This document shows, piece after piece, positions 26,346 to 35,731 of a stretch of 36,449 bases of DNA. This DNA comes from Candidatus Krumholzibacteriia bacterium. Lineage in GTDB: Bacteria > Krumholzibacteriota > Krumholzibacteriia > WVZY01. The first letter of the stretch is position 1; each line of letters starts with the position of its first letter. Made by a program: the position numbers and the translations under genes. The stretch covers positions 1-36,449 of the forward strand of contig JBHHVD010000026.1 in assembly GCA_046754105.1 (NCBI GenBank), given 5' to 3'. The notes under the pieces are model-generated. The model worked only from the letters and a program-made list of their open reading frames with translations, was not told where the DNA came from and made no database searches.

Positions 26346-27428
26346 GTGGCCAACGTGCTGTCCGTGATCATGGCAGGGGGTGTCGGCGAGAGGTTCTGGC
26401 CTTGCAGCCGCCGCAACACGCCCAAGCAGCTTCTGGACCTGACGGGGCGCGGAAGCATGATCGCCCTGACGTTGGACCGCGTGCGCGGCGTGTCGCGGCC
26501 CGAGGAGACGTTCGTCATAACCACCGCTTCCCAGCACGCCGCGGTCGCTGCGGAGATCGAGGGCCGTGTGGACCCCGGGAACATCGTCGCCGAACCGCAG
26601 GGCCGCAACACGGCCGCCAGCATCGGGCTGGCGGCGGTGCTGGTTCGGCATCGTTTTGGGGACGAACCCTTCATGGTCTTGCCGGCGGACCACCTCGTCG
26701 GCGATATGGATCGCTACGAGGAGTTGACCCGTGCGGCCGAGGAGTACGCGCGGCACAACGACTGCCTGCTGACGTTCGGGATCACGCCCTCGCGGCCGGA
26801 AACGGGATACGGCTATATACAGGTGGGCCGCAAGATCCAGGAAACAGGGGGCGTCGAGTTGTTCGAGGCGCGCTCTTTTCACGAGAAGCCGACGCCGGGG
26901 CGGGCGCGGAAGTTCGTCGAGGAGGGAGTTTACTTCTGGAACAGCGGCATGTTCTTCTGGAAACCGGGTGCCATACTCGGGGCCATCGAGAAACACCTGC
27001 GCGAGCTGCATTCGGTGCTCGCCGCCCTGGAGGAACGAGTTGGAACGGACGCGTTCGAATCGGTGTTCAACTCCATGTACCCGCGGGTCCCTTCCATATC
27101 GGTGGACTACGGCATCATGGAAAAGGCGAAGAACGTCGTCGTTCTCAAGAGCGATTTCTACTGGAACGATGTTGGCAGCTGGGAGAGCATCCGCGAAGTC
27201 TACACGCCGGATGACGTCGGTAACGTGCTGGTGGGAGACCACGTTGTGATCGACGGCAAGGAGAACACGGTCTTTTCGCCCAACAGGACGGTGGGCGTCG
27301 TGGGACTGGATGGCCTGGTGGTGGTGGACGGCGGAGATGCCATTCTGGTGTGCAAGAGGGAGCGGGCCCAGCAGGTCCGCGAAGTTGTTGAGATTTTGAA
27401 GAAAGCAAGCAGGGAAGAACTGCTGTAA
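26346..27428 (+). CDS. manC: Mannose-1-phosphate guanylyltransferase (monofunctional)
   Basis: VIMAGGVGERFWP.SR..PKQ, EPQGRNTA, LPADH, ETGYGYI, FHEKP, WNSGMF, ISVDYGIME and WNDVGSW; no cupin PMI domain. Confidence 0.92.
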   Translation: MANVLSVIMAGGVGERFWPCSRRNTPKQLLDLTGRGSMIALTLDRVRGVSRPEETFVITTASQHAAVAAEIEGRVDPGNIVAEPQGRNTAASIGLAAVLVRHRFGDEPFMVLPADHLVGDMDRYEELTRAAEEYARHNDCLLTFGITPSRPETGYGYIQVGRKIQETGGVELFEARSFHEKPTPGRARKFVEEGVYFWNSGMFFWKPGAILGAIEKHLRELHSVLAALEERVGTDAFESVFNSMYPRVPSISVDYGIMEKAKNVVVLKSDFYWNDVGSWESIREVYTPDDVGNVLVGDHVVIDGKENTVFSPNRTVGVVGLDGLVVVDGGDAILVCKRERAQQVREVVEILKKASREELL

Positions 27429-27446
27429 GCACCGTTGGAGGTTTTC

Positions 27447-28655
27447 ATGACAAGCGCACGAATTTCGATGATCGTACTGGCATTGACCGCCGCGTTTATC
27501 GGCGGCTGCTCCTCGCAAAGCGAACAGGCCCAGGGCGGCGCAGACGAAGCCGAGTTGGCGGCGAAGGTGGACGCGTGGACGTTTACCCGGGAGGAGCTGC
27601 AGGAGGCGCTGGACGCGCTGCCGGAAAACAAGAGGCGCGAATACGACACGCCGGGCGGCAGGGCTGAATTGACGGACAAGGCGATCGAGCAGGAGCTGTA
27701 CTTCCGCGAGGGGTTGAAGCTGGGTCTCAAGGAAGACGAAGAGCTCCGCGAGAAGATCAAGAACTACGAACGAGCAATGATCATAAACGCCTACTTCGAG
27801 CGCCACCTGAAACCCCTCGCCTACCCGGCGGAGGAAGAGCTCTACGAGTACTACGAAGCACACCACGACCGCTTTACGACGCTTCCCATTCGCCGGGCCC
27901 AGCACATCTTCTCGAAAGACCGCGAGAAGCTCGTGGACTTCAAGAAGCGCATCGCCGCCGGCGAGCCGATGACGACGCTAGCGCACAAATACTCCGAGGA
28001 CGATCTCACGAGGGATTTTGGCGGTGATCTCGGGTACTTCAATCCGGGCGGCTACATCCGGGGGATCGGTTATTCCGATGAGATCAGCGACGTCGTGTTC
28101 TCGCTGGACAAGGGCGTCGTCAGCGAGCCGATCAATTGGAAAAAAGGGTACTCACTGATTCGCGTAACGGAGATCCGGCCCGCCGTCTTGAAACCATTTG
28201 AGGACGTGCGAGAGGAAATAGCGGGAGAATTCGTGCTGCGCAAGCTCGATGATACCTCAGCGGCGGTGTTCACCGAGCTGAAGAAGAATTACGACGTCAC
28301 GAATTATCTGGAGAACGAGTTCAATCTCACACAGAGAACGCCGGAGGAGCTGTGGAACCTCGCGCAGACGAGTTCAGACTCTTACCACCGGCTTCGCCAC
28401 TACCAGGAGATTGTTGACAAATTCCCAAAGAGTCCCCATGCTCCCAAGGCGATATTCATGATCGGTTTCGTCAATGCGGAGGAACTCAAGAACACGGTCG
28501 ACGCGGACCGGGCGTTCAACCGGGTTATCAATGAATACCCGGAAAGCGAGGTGGCGAACTCGGCGAGGTGGATGCTGAAGAATCTCAACAGGCCTCTGCC
28601 GCAATTCGAGAGTCTCGACGAATTAAACGAAAAGATATCCGACGAATCGAACTAG
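27447..28655 (+). CDS. Lipoprotein with parvulin/PpiC domain and C-terminal TPR (BamD/CpoB-like) segment
   Basis: Lipobox IGG-C; RAQHIF, KYSED..GGDLGYF and VSEPI; C-terminal IVDKFPKSPHAPKAIFMIG...VINEYPESE repeats; GGAGG RBS. Confidence 0.8.
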   Translation: MTSARISMIVLALTAAFIGGCSSQSEQAQGGADEAELAAKVDAWTFTREELQEALDALPENKRREYDTPGGRAELTDKAIEQELYFREGLKLGLKEDEELREKIKNYERAMIINAYFERHLKPLAYPAEEELYEYYEAHHDRFTTLPIRRAQHIFSKDREKLVDFKKRIAAGEPMTTLAHKYSEDDLTRDFGGDLGYFNPGGYIRGIGYSDEISDVVFSLDKGVVSEPINWKKGYSLIRVTEIRPAVLKPFEDVREEIAGEFVLRKLDDTSAAVFTELKKNYDVTNYLENEFNLTQRTPEELWNLAQTSSDSYHRLRHYQEIVDKFPKSPHAPKAIFMIGFVNAEELKNTVDADRAFNRVINEYPESEVANSARWMLKNLNRPLPQFESLDELNEKISDESN

Positions 28656-28695
28656 AGTTTCTGTTGTCGCCCCTTACCGTACGGAGTCGACTACA

Positions 28696-29190
28696 TTGAA
28701 CGAAGGCGGCAAGAATTACTTGAGGGTGGAAATAGGCGGACTCGTAAGGGACAATCGTGAGAACCCTATCGTTCTGCTCAAAGCGACGGAGAACGACGAG
28801 GTGCTTCCCATCTGGATTGGACACGCAGAGGCGCTGGCTATCGAACTGCAGCTGCAGGGGAAAAAATTCGACCGTCCTCTCACACACGACTTGCTCAAGA
28901 CGTCGGTCGAGAGTCTCGGGGCCAGCGTGGTCAAGATCGTCGTCACGGAGTTGAAGGACAATACTTTCTTCGCGAAGATCTATTTGCAGCGTGATAATGA
29001 AATATACGCGATCGACGCGCGTCCCAGCGACTCGATCGCCCTGGCAATTCGCAGCGCGGCGCCGATATACGTTTCGGAGTCCGTTTTCGAGAATCACAAG
29101 AGGACCCTGCAAGACAACCAGGAGAACAAGGAAGCTTCGGACGAGGCGCTGCGAAAGTACTTGCGCGACCTCGATCCCGGCGAATTCTAG
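28696..29190 (+). CDS. Bifunctional nuclease family protein (DUF151)
   Basis: PIVLLK, LPIWIG..EA.AI, RPLTHDL, NTFFAKI and IDARPSDSIALA. Confidence 0.92.
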   Translation: MNEGGKNYLRVEIGGLVRDNRENPIVLLKATENDEVLPIWIGHAEALAIELQLQGKKFDRPLTHDLLKTSVESLGASVVKIVVTELKDNTFFAKIYLQRDNEIYAIDARPSDSIALAIRSAAPIYVSESVFENHKRTLQDNQENKEASDEALRKYLRDLDPGEF

Positions 29191-29204
29191 TCTTGGGTTC
29201 TGAA

Positions 29205-30968
29205 ATGAAGACAAGCAACGCCGCCAGGCACGTTGTTCTGGTGCTCGCCGCAACGGCGAGCGGCGTGTTGCTCTGTCTCGGTTGCGCCACGACGGGTGGT
29301 ACCCGCCTCGGCGACCGGGCGCTTTCCCTTGCCCAGGGGGACAGCCTGTATGCGGCGATCACCGCTGCCTACGCCGCCGGCGACTTCGATACGGTGGACC
29401 GCTCTGCCCGTAAGCTCATCTACAGTCTTCCCGATTATGCACGGTCCGACGAAGTCCTGTTGACGGCGGCCACGGCGAGCCGCGCGGCCGGTGATCCCGT
29501 GCAGGCGGTGAAGTACGCGGCGATGATCCCCGAAAAGTATCCCCTGAGCCCCTATCGCGAAGAGGCACTTTTCTTGACCGCCGCCGCATATCAGGACCTC
29601 GGCAAGTACTACGAAAGCGCGGGAGCGCTGTCCGCCGTGCTCGCCTCGCCGATCGACCCGGACATGGAACACCGGGCTTTGGCGGCGCTGAACGACGTCA
29701 CCCGGGACCTGGCGCTGCCCGACCTGGAACGGCTGGTCAAGGAGTACCCCGCATCACCGCTGGCCGGCGAGATATCCCTCGGTATAGCCAAGCAGGAGTT
29801 CTTGCGTGGCAACTACGATCGTGCCTACAAACTGCTGGCGAATCTGCTCTACGAGTTTCCCCAGCACAAGAGGGCTCCGGAGGTGAGGCAGCTACTCCAG
29901 CTCGCGGCCAGCCATCGCGACGACCCCGCCCGCCGGATCGAATACCTCGAGCCGGACCGAATCGGTCTGGTGCTGCCGCGCACGGGCAATCTGGCCCGGT
30001 TCGGGCGCTACTTCGAGCAGGGGGCCAAACTGGCCGTCGATGACTACAACGCAGCGGCCGGTGCTCAGGTAAGCATCGTCTCCGCGGACTCCAAGGGCAA
30101 CCCGGTCGACGCCGTCGGTGCCGTGCGCAAACTCGTGGTCGAGGAGGGCGTGCTCTCAATCCTCGGCGCGGTGTCCTCCGTGTCTTCGATCGCGGCGGCG
30201 ATCGAGTGTAACGCGTGGAAAGTCCCGATGCTCTCACCCGTGGTTTCCGAGCAACGTATCGAGGAAGTGGGAACGTGGGTGTTTCACACAAAGGTGTCGG
30301 CCGAGGTCGAGGTATCCGCGATGGCCAAGGTCGCTCGCGAAGATCTGCTGCTGGAACGTTTCGCGGTCCTCGCGCCGTCCTCGCCGGAAAGGCGAAAGCT
30401 GGCCGAGTACTTCGTGCAGGAAGTGCTGAATCGCGGAGGCGAGCTCGTTGCCGAAGAGTACTACGAGGACGGAGCCACCGACTTCAAGGAGCAGTTGGAG
30501 ACGATACGTGAAGCGGCGCCGGACGCGCTCTTTATACCGGGCGAGGTCGAAGAGCTCATCCTTGCGCTACCGCAGGTGAGTTTCTACGACATGCAGGTGC
30601 AGCTACTGGGTCTGAGCAACTGGAACACCGAAAAGCTGCTCCGGCTCTCGCAGCGCGAGCTGGAAGGCGCGCTGTTTCCCCGGGAAGCGCATCACGGCCG
30701 CGACCGCGAGTCGCACCAGCTCTTTCGCACCCGTTACAAGGAGGCGTTCGGTGTGGAGGCGCATCCGGTGGCGGCCTCCGCCTATTTCGGAACGCGCTTT
30801 CTGCTGCAGGCGCTGCAGGCCGGAGCGGCGGACCGGGACCAGGTACGAAACTATCTCAACACGGAACTTCACGCAAGCGCGGCGCAACGCATGACCGCGG
30901 CCAATTCTCTCTCCATACTCAAGGTCACTTCGGGGAAAGTCCGCGAGTTCACCGCCTTCCTGCGCTGA
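29205..30968 (+). CDS. TPR + type-1 periplasmic-binding-fold lipoprotein (LpoA/LppC-like PBP activator)
   Basis: Lipobox CLG-C; TPR-like helical repeats with YP.SP turns; C-domain IGLVLPRTG..A.FG, DSKG, ILGAV, TDFKEQL and DALFIP. Confidence 0.75.
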   Translation: MKTSNAARHVVLVLAATASGVLLCLGCATTGGTRLGDRALSLAQGDSLYAAITAAYAAGDFDTVDRSARKLIYSLPDYARSDEVLLTAATASRAAGDPVQAVKYAAMIPEKYPLSPYREEALFLTAAAYQDLGKYYESAGALSAVLASPIDPDMEHRALAALNDVTRDLALPDLERLVKEYPASPLAGEISLGIAKQEFLRGNYDRAYKLLANLLYEFPQHKRAPEVRQLLQLAASHRDDPARRIEYLEPDRIGLVLPRTGNLARFGRYFEQGAKLAVDDYNAAAGAQVSIVSADSKGNPVDAVGAVRKLVVEEGVLSILGAVSSVSSIAAAIECNAWKVPMLSPVVSEQRIEEVGTWVFHTKVSAEVEVSAMAKVAREDLLLERFAVLAPSSPERRKLAEYFVQEVLNRGGELVAEEYYEDGATDFKEQLETIREAAPDALFIPGEVEELILALPQVSFYDMQVQLLGLSNWNTEKLLRLSQRELEGALFPREAHHGRDRESHQLFRTRYKEAFGVEAHPVAASAYFGTRFLLQALQAGAADRDQVRNYLNTELHASAAQRMTAANSLSILKVTSGKVREFTAFLR

Positions 30969-30993
30969 CCGGGCCCGGCCGAAGGGCCGGGTC
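30966..30993. terminator. Hairpin between convergent genes (possible bidirectional terminator)
   Basis: CCCGGCC-GAAG-GGCCGGG flanked by TGACC/GGTCA; no clear U-tract. Confidence 0.5.
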
Positions 30994-30999
30994 ACGACG

Positions 31000-31662
31000 C
31001 TAGCCGAGCAGCCGGAAGCGCACCTGGAAGCGGATCCACATGGGGACGGGCTTGCCGTTCTGGGTCGGCGGGCGGAATCGAAACTGGCGGACCGCCGCCA
31101 GGGACGCCTCCTCGAAGCTCTTGGGACCGAGAACGGCGAGAATCCAGGCGTTCTCCACCATTCCCTCTTCGTTTACCAGCAGCTCGACGGTGACGTCGCC
31201 CTCGATTCCCTGCAGCAGTTCGAACGGCGGGTACTCCGGTTGTACCATATGGAGGATGACGTAGTTCTCGGAGTAGGAGACGTCGGTATGTGCGGGATAG
31301 TGCCGGATATCGGCGTCATCGAACTCCGGCTGGGCAAGAGGCTCGGGGTCCTTTGGCTTTACGGGCGTGTTCTCTCCACCCTCCGATTCGGCCCGTTCCT
31401 CGATGAGATCTACGTCCATCGAGGCCATGGCGGCCAGGCGGCTGTCGCGGCGAATGTCCTCGAAGGGATCGTCGTCGGGGAGAATGGTGATGTTGGGGAG
31501 GATGCGGGTTTCGCCCTCCCAGCCGAATCGCTCCTCGAGCTCGGAATACGGTACCACATCGGAGGTTACGAAAATCAGGAACACGAGTACCGCGGCGACG
31601 GGTGTCGTTATGGCGAGACGGCGGCGGTAGGCAGCCTGTTTTTCGGCGTACGTATGCAGCAT
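31000..31662 (-). CDS. TonB family protein (N-terminal TM anchor + TonB C-terminal domain)
   Basis: ATG 31662 after GGGGGA; TM segment ITTPVAAVLVFLIFV; PEYP....GIEGDVTVELLVNEEG.V, FEEASLAAVRQFRFRP...NGKPV. Confidence 0.85.
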   Translation of the reverse strand: MLHTYAEKQAAYRRRLAITTPVAAVLVFLIFVTSDVVPYSELEERFGWEGETRILPNITILPDDDPFEDIRRDSRLAAMASMDVDLIEERAESEGGENTPVKPKDPEPLAQPEFDDADIRHYPAHTDVSYSENYVILHMVQPEYPPFELLQGIEGDVTVELLVNEEGMVENAWILAVLGPKSFEEASLAAVRQFRFRPPTQNGKPVPMWIRFQVRFRLLG

Positions 31663-31730
31663 GGCGGTATTCCCCCATTTGAACGTAATCGTTTTGCCGG
31701 GGGCGGTCAAGAAACTGGCAAGAATGGGGC

Positions 31731-34058
31731 CTAACGCCCGGGAAGGTCGCTGATCTGGTACCGGCGGTGTCCGCCGGCCTCTACGTCCAGGCTGCCGGCG
31801 TCCATCGATACATCGCCGCGCCGTATCCACACCGGGTAGCGCCCGGGGGGGAGGAACGGGAACACCGCCCGGCCCTCGTCGTCGGAGAGCAGGCTCCACG
31901 TCCGATCGAGAGTGATCAACCAGTTGGAGCGGAGCGAATCGATGACGGTGACCTCGGCCGATGCACCCGGCACGGCGCCGAAGTGCTCCAGGATGCCGAG
32001 AAACATACCGTACGCCTGTTTGCGCTGGTATCCGGGTTCTCCCAGGCGCAGCTCTTCGTCGACGACCGCGATGGACGGCAGCGCCACAACGATGGCGGGA
32101 CAGGCGGTCTGCTGGAGGGGAAATGTCACCGTCTCGCTGGGCGCGCGTGCCGGTAGCCCGAGGTAGCCGGACAGTGCTCGCTGCACCGTCTCCGACATTC
32201 CCAGGCCGGCGCGGCTGCCGGGGAAAAAATGGCAGTGGACCACGAGCCCGCTGTCGGCAGGTGCGTTACGATGGCGGATCTCCACGTAGCGGTCCGCACG
32301 AAAACGATTCGTTACCGCGACTACGTCCCGCGGGGACAGCGTTTCTTCGTTTCTGCGCGTAAGCTCGACCTCGGCCCCGGCGGCTTCGAGGTACTCCTCG
32401 AGGTAGCGGGCGACCTGCAGATTGACGAAAGGCCCGGAGAGCCCGAGCGCCCCCATCCCCGCCGCGGGATCGAAGCCGCCTTCCGGATCGATCATGAAAC
32501 GGCGACCGAGCAGGCTACCGTCGTACCAGGGCGAGAGCGCCAGGGTGTCGGTGGCGCTGTTCAGCGACTCGGCGGGTCGCGGGCGGTACCCCGGTGCTTC
32601 CACCCACGCCTCGGGGCTTTCGGGCCGGCCGAAACGCGGGACCACGTCGGCGGGCAGGAAGTACACACCGCTGTTCGATCCATTGACGAGCAGCGTGTCA
32701 CCGAACGTTACGCGCGCGCGTTTGATTCCCTCCGCCGTACGGGCATCTACAATCACGACCTTGCGAAGCGCCGTCGTCGGCCGGCGAGCCGGAGGCACCT
32801 CCAACTCGAACGAGCGACCGTGGCTCGTCAACGTGAGCCGTACGGGAACGGTCACGGCATCGATCGAAAGTGGAAACTCTGCAAACCCGTCCTCGACCAC
32901 TACGGAATCGGGGGTCACACCTCGCGAGGCGTGCAGGCGTATTGTGGAGCCGTCAATGACGGGCCGGCCGCGGCGATCCAGCAAGCGTGCGCGTACGCGC
33001 ACGGTGCCGCCCGACGCGGGAAGCGCCAGCGGCGCGTTGTCGAAGGTGGCGATCTCCGGGGGCAGGTCGATTACAAAGCCGAACCGGTGCACGGAACTGG
33101 AGTTGCCCAGCAGGTTGCGAACCTGCAACGACAACTCGTACTCGGCGTTGGGCGAATCCCACGGTAGCTGGTACCGCACGGTCCTGCCGTTTCCCGCCAG
33201 GAAGGCCTCCACCGTCTCGCCGTTGACCGTGACGTCTACGCCTCCCGGATCGATGCCCAGCCCGCCCACGTCGTCGATTGCGAAAGAGAGCGTCGGCACG
33301 GCGACGAACGCCGAGTCCAGCGGCGCCAACCGCTCCACCTTCGGCACCCCGCGGGAAAAATACTCCAGGATGCCAAGGAAATACGCCTCGGCTTCCAGCC
33401 GCTGCTTCTCCGAAAGCTGCAGGCTCGCCTCGACCTCGGGATGGGTGAGATAGCTGCCCTCGCCGAGGATGGCCGGGATGTCGATATTTCTTAGAATGAA
33501 ATAGTTGCCTGGACGGACCTCGCCCGATTCGATACCCAGGTTCCGGATCAGGTGACGATGGACGGCGAAGGCGAGATCGCGCGACGCCGGATCACCGAAG
33601 CGGTAGTAGGTCTCGACGGCGTTTTTCCGGGGGTCCCGGTCGTTCTGGGCGTTGTGGTGTATCGAAACCAGAATGTCCGGGCGCAGCGAATCGACGATGG
33701 CAACGCGCACCCCCAGTTCGCCCGCAAGCGAGGAATCGGCAGGAGTGAGAAAATCCCGCTCCGCCGATCGCGTCAGGTGGACCTCGGCCCCCGCCTCGCG
33801 CAGGAGACCCCAGAGATAGAGCGATACACCGAGGTTGACCCGGGCTTCCTGGAGTCCCTCCTGGCCAAGCGTGCCCATGAAGTGGCCGCCGTGGCCCGGG
33901 TCGATCAGGACGCGACGCCCGCCAAGGATGCCCGGATCCAGGCGCGGCAGCTGCTCGCTGAGCCCCTTGTAGACGAGGATGCCCTTCGGCGCCGGCGGGC
34001 GCGCACACCCGATGACGGTCGCCAGGACGATCAGCGCCGCTAGAACAGGTCTTTTCAT
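31731..34058 (-). CDS. N-acetylmuramoyl-L-alanine amidase lipoprotein with two Amidase_3-like domains
   Basis: Lipobox VIG-C; domain 1 LIDPGHGG..QEARVNL..SIHHNA..ILGE; Ig-like middle; domain 2 MIDPEGG..VNL..LTR..RYVEIRH. Confidence 0.85.
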   Translation of the reverse strand: MKRPVLAALIVLATVIGCARPPAPKGILVYKGLSEQLPRLDPGILGGRRVLIDPGHGGHFMGTLGQEGLQEARVNLGVSLYLWGLLREAGAEVHLTRSAERDFLTPADSSLAGELGVRVAIVDSLRPDILVSIHHNAQNDRDPRKNAVETYYRFGDPASRDLAFAVHRHLIRNLGIESGEVRPGNYFILRNIDIPAILGEGSYLTHPEVEASLQLSEKQRLEAEAYFLGILEYFSRGVPKVERLAPLDSAFVAVPTLSFAIDDVGGLGIDPGGVDVTVNGETVEAFLAGNGRTVRYQLPWDSPNAEYELSLQVRNLLGNSSSVHRFGFVIDLPPEIATFDNAPLALPASGGTVRVRARLLDRRGRPVIDGSTIRLHASRGVTPDSVVVEDGFAEFPLSIDAVTVPVRLTLTSHGRSFELEVPPARRPTTALRKVVIVDARTAEGIKRARVTFGDTLLVNGSNSGVYFLPADVVPRFGRPESPEAWVEAPGYRPRPAESLNSATDTLALSPWYDGSLLGRRFMIDPEGGFDPAAGMGALGLSGPFVNLQVARYLEEYLEAAGAEVELTRRNEETLSPRDVVAVTNRFRADRYVEIRHRNAPADSGLVVHCHFFPGSRAGLGMSETVQRALSGYLGLPARAPSETVTFPLQQTACPAIVVALPSIAVVDEELRLGEPGYQRKQAYGMFLGILEHFGAVPGASAEVTVIDSLRSNWLITLDRTWSLLSDDEGRAVFPFLPPGRYPVWIRRGDVSMDAGSLDVEAGGHRRYQISDLPGR

Positions 34059-34294
34059 GATACCCCTGCCATGCCAGAAAATCAGGGTTGATGCAACTCA
34101 ATACTAACGCTATGCGACATCTCTTGAATTTGTAAAGATTTATTGCGATTATAGTGGGGTGCTTCCGCATTGGGAACCTCCCTCTCGCAGGAATTGACCC
34201 GCCTCCAGGGCATGTGATAAGAAGGAAAGAACGAGATCTATGCATGCGGAAGCCAAGAATCCACTCCTGGAAGCGGGCGGAGCCGGAACGATAC

Positions 34295-35707
34295 ATGGAA
34301 GATTCGACACCCAAATCGGCGCTGCACTCGATCCCGCCGGTAGATGAACTGCTTGCGACGGCAGAGGTCAAGTCGTTGCGCGCCGCACATCCCCGGTTCC
34401 CGTGGACGCATCTGGTTCGCCAGGTGGTGGAGGGGTTCCGCGCGGGACGTCACGGCCCGCTCACCGGTGGGCGCGACGCGACCCGGCGGGCGCTAGTAGA
34501 TCACATCGTCTTGCGGGTGCGCTCGCTGCAGACGGGAGGAATGCGGCGCGTGACAAACGCCACCGGGGTGGTTCTCCATACCAACCTGGGGCGGGCGCTC
34601 CTCGGGCCGAAAGTGCGCTCGGCGGTCGCCGACGCCATGAACCACTACGTGAACCTGGAACTGGACCTCGGCACCGGGACGAGGGGGCGCCGTGGGGCGG
34701 AGATGAACGAGCTGATTTGCATGGCCGCCGAGGCGGAAGCGGCGATGGTGGTCAACAACAACGCCGGTGCCGTTTACCTCGTCGTCGGCTCGTTTTCGCC
34801 ACCCGGACGCGTCATCGTCTCGCGCGGCGAACTCGTGGAAATCGGCGGCAGTTTCCGGCTGCCGGACATCCTGCAGCGAGCCGCGTCCGACGTTCTGGAG
34901 ATCGGCACAACGAACCGTACGTATGTGGCCGATTACGAAAAGGTCGCACGGGCCGGGGACGTTCTCCTGCGAGCGCATCGCAGCAACTACGACATTCAGG
35001 GGTTCACGCACGACGCTACGGTTCCGGAGCTCGTGGAGCTGGCGCGGCGGAAGGATTGCCACGTGGTGTACGACCTCGGCAGCGGGTCGTTTTTCGATTT
35101 CGAAGGCGCGGGGATTGGTGGAGAGGAAGCGGTGAAGGAAGTTTTGCGGGCGGGGGTGGACTGCGTGACGATGAGCGGAGACAAGTTACTCGGCGGCGTC
35201 CAGGCGGGAATCATCGTAGGCAAGCGGAGTTTTCTCGCAAGACTGCAGCAGAATCCGTTGAGGAGGGCGCTTCGGGTAGACAAGCTGACAATCGCCGCGC
35301 TTCAGGCGCTGATGCGCGTCTACCTGTTCGACGGCAACCCGGCGGGAGAGATCCCGATCGTCGGCCAGACGACGTGCGGGATCGACGCGCTCAGAGCGCG
35401 GGCGGAGCGAATGGCGGGAGAACTCGCCGGGATGGCACGCCCGGAATACCGCGTTTCCACAGCGGACGATGCCGCCGCCATCGGCGGCGGGACGTTTGCC
35501 GCGACGGAGGTGCCGTCGGTCGCGCTGGTGATCGGATGCGAGTCGGAGAAAGCGGCGGTGGCACTCGCACGGCGGATGCGCGGGCTCGATGTGCCCATTC
35601 TCTCACGTATCAAGGGTGACGAGATACGTCTCAATTTTCTGAGCGTCCCCGAAGGGGAGGACGCAGGCCTCTCGATGGCGTTGCGCGGACTGCTGGCGGC
35701 GCCGTAG
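34295..35707 (+). CDS. selA: L-seryl-tRNA(Sec) selenium transferase (start uncertain)
   Basis: IPPVDELL, NATGVVLHTNLGRA, NLELDL..G.RG.R, VVNNNAGA, SRGELVEIGGSFRLPD, EIGTTNRT, DLGSG, SGDKLLGG (PLP Lys) and RALRVDKL. Confidence 0.94.
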   Translation: MEDSTPKSALHSIPPVDELLATAEVKSLRAAHPRFPWTHLVRQVVEGFRAGRHGPLTGGRDATRRALVDHIVLRVRSLQTGGMRRVTNATGVVLHTNLGRALLGPKVRSAVADAMNHYVNLELDLGTGTRGRRGAEMNELICMAAEAEAAMVVNNNAGAVYLVVGSFSPPGRVIVSRGELVEIGGSFRLPDILQRAASDVLEIGTTNRTYVADYEKVARAGDVLLRAHRSNYDIQGFTHDATVPELVELARRKDCHVVYDLGSGSFFDFEGAGIGGEEAVKEVLRAGVDCVTMSGDKLLGGVQAGIIVGKRSFLARLQQNPLRRALRVDKLTIAALQALMRVYLFDGNPAGEIPIVGQTTCGIDALRARAERMAGELAGMARPEYRVSTADDAAAIGGGTFAATEVPSVALVIGCESEKAAVALARRMRGLDVPILSRIKGDEIRLNFLSVPEGEDAGLSMALRGLLAAP

Positions 35708-35731
35708 CGGCCGTATCGGGCGGGAAGCATT

